41,701 nt of DNA, taken from contig NC_068984.1 in assembly GCF_001194135.2 (NCBI RefSeq), positions 89,128,772 to 89,170,472 on the forward strand, written 5' to 3'. The stretch is from Octopus bimaculoides (lineage: Eukaryota). Under the pieces are notes generated by a model. That model did no database searches and was not told the origin of the DNA. It worked only from the letters and a program-made list of their open reading frames with translations. Below, piece after piece: positions 33,314 through 41,701 of this stretch; the first letter of the stretch is position 1, and every line of letters begins with the position of its first letter. The position numbers were made by a program, and so were the translations under genes.

Positions 33314-33765
33314 TGCCAGTGCCGTGTAACTGGCACATAAAAAGCACCTTTCAAACATTAGGTGACATGTTGTGCTTGAGAAGACCCATCAAGCCAAGTG
33401 ATACTGTAATCATGGCCTATACCAGTGTCACATAACTGGCACTTGTGCTGGTTGCACATAAAAGGCACCCTTCAAACTTTGGGCCTCACGGCAGTGACAA
33501 GTGCCCAGGACCTTTGGCAATATACCATGCTTAAGAAGACCTGTCAAGCCAAATGAGATTGTAGTCATGGCCAATGCTGGTGTTTCATAACTGGCACATA
33601 AAAAGCACCTACTACATTCTTAGAGAGGCTGACATAAGGAAGGACATCCAGCTGTAGAAGCCATGCCAAATCAGATTAGAACCAGGTATAGCTTACCAGT
33701 TTTCAGTTAAACCGTCCAACCTATACCAGTATGGAAAACAGACATTAGAGGATGATTGTGATGTA
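33314..33765 (+). mobile_element. RTE-type 3' region with internally repeated modules and (ATG)n-like tail
   Basis: ttgggcctcac..gacctttgg..gaagacc..caagccaa matches the reverse complement of 205-290; actggcacataaaaagcacc occurs at about 33328 and 33589; ends ggatgattgtgatg. Confidence 0.7.
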
Positions 33766-33859
33766 ATGCAAATGCATGTGTAGCTTTTAAGATTATTTGT
33801 TGATAATTTTAATTTTGTGACTTATGAAAATACTATCTTTATTTCACATTATAAATTTT

Positions 33860-36800
33860 CTTGTAATTCTAAATTGATATACAACACTTAAAACAATCAA
33901 CCCTAACATTCCTTGTTCTCTTGTATGATACTCTGATGAAAAGATGTGAGCTTGGTTAATATGTATCAGTTGAACTCCAGCAATCCTGAAGGACTATCCC
34001 TATAACTTATTGATGGTCATAGAAAAAGACAATGTCACTGGAAACTGAAAATACTTGAAATGAAATAACATGAGATGATGGGAATGTATGGAATGAAAAC
34101 ATCTTAGTATAATTCATGTTAATGGTGACTTCAGTTAGATAGCCATAAGGGTTTCACTGCTAGTCTTTAGTGTTTGTATATCTTGGAGTATTATAACAGG
34201 TGTTCCTATATTCAGTTGCAGATTGTGAAGGATACCAGTGGATAGAGGAGAACTGAGAATTTCTTTTGGGTAGTTAACGGCATTGGTAATACCAATCACA
34301 GTGTGAACTGACATGTATCATCTAGATTGGGCTGGTTCCTGCTGAATGATGGTAGTATTAATATTACAGGCCTTGTGCCTTTAGTAGAAAGTCTTAATAT
34401 TATACACAATGTAATTTGCGGGAGCCATAATAGAATTTAGAAAATCGTTCGTGGTTTCTATCATTGTGATAAAAGCTAGGATAAACTGCCAGTAGCATTT
34501 CTTGTGAAATGTTGATAATTTTCCACTTTTTCTTTTTTGCATTTTGACATCATGTTCAATGTTAATTGGTAGGTAACCATTGCTTCTAAATAAAGTAAAA
34601 CTTTCTGAAAACTGGGCTACTGAGACATTTTTATGAAATGCAACTCTCATGTTGGTAAAAAGATGGAAGTCTTTTGCTCTTGTTTACAGATAGTCTTTCT
34701 GTAAGGCATGCTCTGAGCTCTTCAATGGATATGTATTTTGTTATGACTGATGGAGTTTGCCTCAGATCACCAGAGACCAAGTCATTGACTCTATTCGTTA
34801 TGTTGGTGCTACCTCTGAGATCTTGTGAAGTGCGATAGAAAACCTCAAATGCTAGTCTGTGAGAAATTGTATTCATCACACATTTTCAACTTAACTTGCT
34901 TCATAACCTCTGCTTGTCCACATCAAGTTGATAGCATCTTAAAAGTAGAATTAGAAGTTCTTGCTACTTAAGTTACATCGATTGCAGAAAAGGCCACTGC
35001 ATTAGCAGTTTGCTTGAGTGAAGGAATTGTTTGCTAAAATTAGTTCTTCTGGAATCATTAAGTAGCCAGCTGTGCCTCGAGCCTTGTATAAGCTTTTTTT
35101 TTTTAACTGGAACAAAGAGTAATTCATTTTGATGTACATATTGTTCCAGTTGTTGAATGTCATAACTGATTGCCTAAAAAATATTTTGACTTTGTACCGA
35201 AACTAGCAGTCTTGACTACAATTTGTTCTGGAATCTTGTCAACCATGGGCTGATACAATTTCCAATGATGATCAGTGCGTGGTTGAACTTGACTGAAGTA
35301 GAACTTTAGGTGTAGGACTTTATACTATAGTTGTGCTATAGTCATAATTATATAGCCCTAGATCAGTCATGTTTGAGTAGACCTGTGATCTGCAGCATTT
35401 TAGCCATGAACAACCATTTGTTTTTAAGCATGCTGTACCTTTGCTTACATTCTCCAATGTACCCATCCTCTTTCTAGACAGCATGGTGTAATTTAAGGGA
35501 GATTTAGAACTTATCAGTAGGTCGAGCAGTCATGCAAAGGTTTCCTTACAGTTTGTTCTAAAAAGATCATCTTTTTGGCTGGGATTTAAATGAATTGCAA
35601 TGTTGATAACAGGTAAGAAACGAAATTCACTTGTCATGAATAACAGCATGGCCATTTTTGATTAAGGTACAACTGGCATTAAAGGTACAACATTAAGGTA
35701 CAACTGGCATTAAAGAATACCTGAGGTTCATTAAAACTAAATAGCTTATGATGGTTAGTAATAGACTTCTTACAAGCTTAAAGTGTCCTGATTTACATTA
35801 ATGTATGATATAATGTTATTAACTTTGAATTAATATTACGCCAGTAGTCTTCTGTGTTTTAGAAGGGGGAAACCACCATAGCACTTACAATTTTGTTAGT
35901 AAGAGCTACAGTAACTTCAACTGTGAAAATATTTCACTTAGATATTTTCTCTGAATGATAGAATTTTGTCTTGAATTGATTCAACAAAACAAAAGAAGGA
36001 TGAAGTTCTGCTTCAAGGTCCCTCTTTACTTATGCCTTTCTATTGAATTGATTCTTGCCAACACAGAGCAATACTAGTCTGACTATGTAACGATTATCTT
36101 TCTAGTCAAACCTATTTTACTTTTGAACATAACAAAGGACATACATTTTTCTGCTTTGAATTGCATACTATATAAATTGTAGGGTGTATCCTGTTATTTT
36201 TATAGCATTTTTGCTACATTGTCCACTTCCTTTTTAAACACTTAAAATAGTTTTAATCAGCATGTCTTTAAAGTAAGTTTGCAAGAGCAACAACTTTATA
36301 GGCGTCAAGAAATACTGCCTAAACTTTATTGCATAAAATACCTTGAGAATAAATAACAAAACCAACAGTAAAAATTATCTGGGAGGTGGATTGGCAAAAT
36401 GTCAAACAAAATTACATGTAATATTTAGTCATTCTTCACTTTTTTATTTTGATTCCAGTGTAGGTCATCTTTCACTTCTGACCTGGGATTGATATATTGC
36501 ATACTGGTGATGTTCTTGGACCAATATAATCGTCAACCTCTTCTACATTTTGAGTTCTTGTGTCTATACAAGAAATCAACATTTTTCATCTACACAAGTG
36601 TGTGGTTTAACTGCTGAGAACCGACTTTGTATTTTTTAACCCCTGAAATCAATAAAATAAGGAATTGTAATATCCTTCCTTGACGGTGCCGTAGGGGCAA
36701 CATCGTGATATACAGCGTTTCTTTGGTATTTTGTATATCGCGGAGCCTTTCCCTATTCAAGTCGGAGCACAACTTGGATCTTTTCTGTTTGGTTGGACCT

Positions 36801-36870
36801 GTAGATATTTCAAAGTTTAGGGAAAATTTTTTAATTTGGCATATTGATGTAATTTTCCACATCAATATGA
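33860..36870 (-). mobile_element. Fossil autonomous Helitron: decayed Rep/PIF1-helicase (RepHel) coding region
   Basis: Colinear minus-strand motifs: RERLRDIQN (36729-36753), PVINIAIHLNPSQ (about 35600), AVAFSAI..RTSNSTFK (about 34990), CDEYTISHRLAFEVFYRTSQDLRG..SGDLRQT (34750-34880), MRV..QFS..NG.LP, IMAPAN (34411-34431), AVNYPKEIL..LHNLQLNIGTPVIILQDI (34177-34281), DVFIPYIP..FQFPVTLSFSMTINK (34006-34053). Many stops and frameshifts. Confidence 0.85.
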
Positions 36871-37579
36871 GATGAAATATTGAGATTACATTGTTATCAT
36901 ATATCTAGATAACAGCTTGCTTCGCTTCACATTCATTTTGCATATAACAATATTTAATTGTATAACTGCATGTCATATATAAACAAAGAATATACTTCTT
37001 TCATTCGGTTCACATCAAAACAGTGACAGCAATGTGAATGAGATGGGCTCAATTTTTCCCTACGCATAAACATGAATAAGATATCAGTATTTACGATGAT
37101 ATTATACTTAGTAACGAATACTAACTGTATCATCGTTGTGTGTGTGTGTGTGTGTGTTGTAGCTCTACTTTACATTTTCCATTATTAATATTCAAACTTC
37201 ATTCATGTTACGTGTCTTGCCAGCATTTTTCTCATGCATATCATGTGTATACTTACACATGTACACTATAAGGAATATATGATACAATAATATCAAATCA
37301 ATGTAAAACATGCTATCTTAAAGATACCGTGTTTGCACAAGTATATATGTGTGTGACGTTGCATGAGTGCTATTAGTTACATGTAATCCAGTAAAACCTG
37401 TTGCATGGTCGGGTCATCGGTTACTAAACTTGCTTGGTGAGGAGGGTGATTGTTGGACACACAGCGGGATGAAAAATAAGACCAGTCAAAGGGCTGAGGA
37501 ATTCATGAGTAGTCAACGGCCATCTAACAAATATGTGTAAATACGTATATATCGTTTTATATATTCTTATATGTATATC

Positions 37580-37941
37580 CTTTTATTCTTTTACTTGTTT
37601 CAGTCATTTGACTATGGCCATGCTGGAGCACCGCCCTTTAGTCGAAGAAATGGGCCCCTGGACATATTTTTTGTAAGCCTGGTACTTATTCTGTCTATCT
37701 CTTTTGCCGAACCGCTAAGTTACGGGACGTAAACACACCAACATCGGTTGTCGAATGTTGGCAGAGGGGAATAACACAGACACAAACACACACACATAAA
37801 TATATATACGATGAGCTTCTTTCGGTTTCTATCAACCAAATCCACTCACAAGGCTTTGATGGGCCTGAAGCTGTAGCAGAAGACACTTGCCCAATGTGCC
37901 TAATAGCGGGACTGAACCCGGAAACATGTGGTCGGGAAATC
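37580..37941 (-). mobile_element. Near-full-length tRNA-derived SINE with internal (CA)n/(TA)n, CpGs retained
   Basis: Reverse complement has ccacatgtttccgggttcagtcccgct (B-box region), ttgggcaagtgtctt, then gtccccgtaacttagcggttcggc-like body and ...atgactgaaacaagtaaaagaataaaag tail. Confidence 0.8.
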
Positions 37942-38659
37942 TTATTTTATTTATATTCAAATTTTATTTTATCTATATTTTTAGATCACATATCTTATAC
38001 ATTAAAAAAATGTTTTAATTCATTTATTTATTTATTTTTGTAATGTATGTATGAGCTGCTCCGCGTCGGACGCTGGAATGATATTTAATCCCTCTATGGA
38101 GCGTTTGGGTGCCGGTTTGGTGTCTGATACGGGATACCCTACCTCATGGACAGGTAGAAGTTCTTTAACCTTGGCTGGTAATGTACCTAAGAGAAGAAAA
38201 CCTCCAAAATAAAACCTGAGACCCTGGAAGTTCCCGGTTTTGTCAATTCTCATGTCACACCGGCGAAAGTCTTCTTGAGCCAATAGGTGGAGGTAGTGCA
38301 GTGGAAGCTACACACCCACTGAAAATTATTCATCTGCACAGGTACTTCTTATACACCAAATCTTAGTAAAAACATTGAATTGTTTGGCAGAAACCTAAAA
38401 ATGCACTTACAACTTACTCTGAAATGCCTCAAACCGATTCAGTAAATGGCAAAAAAGGGCTCAGGAACGTCAGAGGAACAAGCCTGGCTCGGCAGGTGTC
38501 CAAGTGTGACACAGGCTGGGCCCTGTCGTCATCCTGCTGCTGTGATCAAACAATCTTCAAGAAGTATCCTCCATGAAAATAACATTGCCATCTCATTACA
38601 AAAGATATATTTACCAAAATTGCATAAAAATATTTTGAAATACTAAAGAAAAAAATTAT

Positions 38660-39346
38660 TTAATAAAATTGCCATTGGCTTCTACCACGGCCTCCAGACG
38701 AATTCGGAATCTCCTGCAACTCTTCTGGACGGCCTCCTAGTTTAAGTTGGTGAACCCTGCTATGATCCTTCTCTTCAGTTCATCTTTGGTGCTACAAGGA
38801 GTTTTGTTTGTCTTTCGCTCAACTGCACCCTACACATAATAATCAAGGAGGTTGCAGTCTGTCCACATGTTAGGGAGACGTTGTTGCAGGAACTGTCTGA
38901 CAGCCATGACTGGGTTCTCCTGCTTGTGTGGCATGGTACAGAGTCCTGTTGCTAGATATAGGGTCTTCCAGCAGCCACCCTCTTAACCAAGAGCAGCTCT
39001 ACCTCCTCCAGGCACTTGATAGAGGCCTCTGTGTTGAGTGTGAGATCGTGTGCGAAGATGAATGGATGCATAACGTCGCCATCACTAGTGATCACTCCAA
39101 ATATCATGATGTTGACTAGATGTTTGATTTTTGTCACTCTCGGTGCACAGTCCTCAGATTGACACCCAAACACTTTGACATGTTCGTATTGGAGCTTTCG
39201 GCGCGAATTCCAAGCAGCACAGCATGTCGTTTCCAAATTTCTGGCAGAGTGACTTGCGTCATGCTGCTGTTTTTTTCACAGACGGTGCTCAGCTGACCCT
39301 ACTATACAGTGTAGTCGGCAAAATCAAAAATAAACAATGCGCATGC
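38660..39346 (-). mobile_element. Internally deleted Tc1/mariner element of maT (DD37D)-like type
   Basis: N-terminal EIWKRHAVLLGIRAESSNTNMSKCLGVNLRTV fused at about 39145 to PRVTKIKHLVNIMIFGVITSDGDVM...RPYI*QQDSVPCHTSRRTQSWL...NMW..DCNLLDYYV*GAVE...RLEAVVEANGNF. D-D spacing cannot be counted because of a small deletion. Confidence 0.8.
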
Positions 39347-39455
39347 ACAATATATATATATATATTGTTTTATATATATAAATATATATATAATGTTTTG
39401 TATATATGTATATATATATATAATTTTATGTGTAAGTATATAATGTTATTAATCG

Positions 39456-39502
<47 letters not shown>

Positions 39503-39508
39503 GTTACA

Positions 39509-39553
<45 letters not shown>

Positions 39554-40359
39554 TTATTGCTTTGTATACACACGCGCACGCGCACGCACACGCACGCGCA
39601 CATATTGCTACATAATAATTAGAGATAGATATAGTAGAAACAGTTTACATTCCTTCGCGTCATTTTCTCTAGTGACGCCAGCACTTGACTGATCAACATT
39701 GTACAATGAACTCTTTTTTGCTGAACTCCCCTCCGTTAACAGTGGCTTATAAGCGTGATATTAATTTTATAATTATCATTTCATTCGCTGAACTTGATGG
39801 TAACTTCGTAGACACAGCATTACTAAAAGTTGCAACACAGTCTGAACGGTGATCTACGGGCAAATAGTTCAACTCATTAGTCTTTCAAGCAAGAAGCATC
39901 TTCTTGGTATAGAAATTTTAATTAGAAAAATAGTATTTTGTTATCAGAAAGATTAATTTTTGTCGAGATCCAGTTTGTTCAGTGCCCTGCAGGTTCTTGA
40001 AAATGTCAAATGTCTGTTTTGAGCACTGGAGTTCGAAAGGTTATCCAAATACTCCTCAGTGAATTCAACATTTTGTGTTATGATAGCATATGCACAGTAT
40101 ACCCACTACTGTGCAGCTGCAGCTAAACGATTATGATATTATTGTTTCAATATGATCGCATGCAAAGATAAGAACAATTTAGTTGATGCTATTGAAGAGT
40201 AATCAACATGTGGTCAGTGACTCACTGGAATATTTTTACCACTATTGGCTTCAACCCAACACTTTTGAGGAACAGAGCAGAACTTGTAATAAGAAGATAT
40301 GTAAATGGCGGGTCATAGTGACATTTAGAAATACAACATTTAAGAAACGAACGGTATAA

Positions 40360-40417
<58 letters not shown>

Positions 40418-41701
40418 ACGGTTAAGATTTATTGCAACGGCATGTTGTAAGATGTGAAAGATGAAAGAAGAACAATGATCGAAGTTGTAAAGAAATATTT
40501 ATCTACCGTTACTTTGTATAATGCCATGCCTCAACGGGCAGGTGTGATATAATTGAAAGAGCATGCTAGGTTAAGAAAGTTAATTTCGGCCTGTATACGT
40601 GTGTAGACGACCTCATAGTAGCATGTAGAGAGAGATATGGTAATGTTACAGAGAAAAGAAAGTGAGAGTGGTAGGACGAAACAACTGCTTCGTTGGTGAG
40701 TTACTATAGTTGTGCCTTTTCCTTTAGAGACAGCGTTTTGTTCAGCCGGTCAGTCAGACTCGGTTCTTACTAACTGACTTTGGCTTACGGAGTTCTTGTT
40801 TTTATAACTAGCCAAAACCAGTCAGAAGGATAGACATAATGTTGAGGACAATAGATTTCGTTGGCGGTTTGTTATCTCTATTCTAGCTTTTGGTGGCTTA
40901 GAAGGGTCAAGTGGCAAAGACATTATTCTGCTTAGCGAAGGTGTCTGGCTAATGCAACTGCTGTCAATCACAGAAAAACTATTGTTTTACTGTGAGAAAA
41001 TTGCTGTTGAACTGTTAAGTGAAATTTGGCTATCGAGGATCAAATCCACGCCATGTTTGCATGAACCACTACATCACTCTCCTCCAGAGAGGTTCCCGAG
41101 AAAAGGAAACGAGTGATTGAGGAAGAGAAAGAAATGCTTGGCTGAAGAAAAATTTTGCATATCAGAAGAGAGTATCATTGAAGTGTATACGAGACAGATA
41201 TTTATTCAAGTGAGTCTGAATAGCGGTGTTGCTTTGCGTGCCAGAATGTGCAGTCAGTGATTGGACCGTACGAAAAATGAGTTAGCGCGTGAGTGTGCGT
41301 GAGGGCGTATACACGAGTGCAAGTGCACGTATCAAAATTCACTGTAAAATAAGCTCAGGTGGGCGAGTGAGTGTATTCTCAATCCATGATATCGAAGATC
41401 TTCCTGCAGGATTGCAGTGTGTGAAATGCCTTGAAGGTTTTTCAGAAGTGAAATGTGTCTGGCGCTGTTGTCGTGGTTAATTACTGAATTTTGCATCCTG
41501 GTTTATAAATGAAGACGCACTCTACTCACATGCGCGCACACGCATACATACATGGAGGTACACAAAAAAGTACACAAAAGTAACCGGAAACGTTCTCTGT
41601 GGGAAAACCCATTGTAATTCAGGCTTCTGCCACTAGAAGCCGCTTGATGCCACCCTCAAGCATCAGTCTACCGACCGGCGTTGTCGACTTCAGTCGTACT
41701 G

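Noticed and set aside
38032-38283. 83-aa minus-strand ORF as a small gene
   Set aside because: No domain or splice support; the plus strand loosely resembles an RTE 5' region, which I could not confirm.
41100-41481. piggyBac remnant (acidic SEES..SSESE stretch, Cys-rich traces, ggttaa end)
   Set aside because: Requires several assumed frameshifts, and no matching left TIR or TTAA was found.

Overview
AT-rich, microsatellite- and transposon-dense animal genomic DNA with four N gaps. The repeat families look like those I associate with octopod cephalopods; that taxon call is inference. The only protein-coding gene I can support is a + strand twisted gastrulation (Tsg/TWSG1) BMP-modulator orthologue, join(6211..6433,14045..14254,22329..22858), 320 aa, with two phase-1 GT-AG introns. 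It has a signal peptide, both Cys-rich domains, one extra (25th) cysteine and a 104-aa acidic/basic C-terminal tail that vertebrate TWSG1 lacks. Its 5' UTR exon(s) lie upstream and were not pinned down. The rest is intron, probable UTR and intergenic DNA filled with decayed mobile elements: RTE LINE fragments, tRNA-type SINEs, hAT MITEs, internally deleted mariner and maT elements, a 91-bp mini-Helitron, and a ~3-kb Helitron Rep/PIF1-helicase fossil that the ORF track fragments. CpG is strongly depleted from ~1.8 kb to ~34-36 kb and retained outside that span, which may outline a methylated transcription unit. I see no CRISPR array, rRNA, intact tRNA or convincing new multi-gene system. All alignments and counts were done by eye, and family consensus comparisons are from memory.
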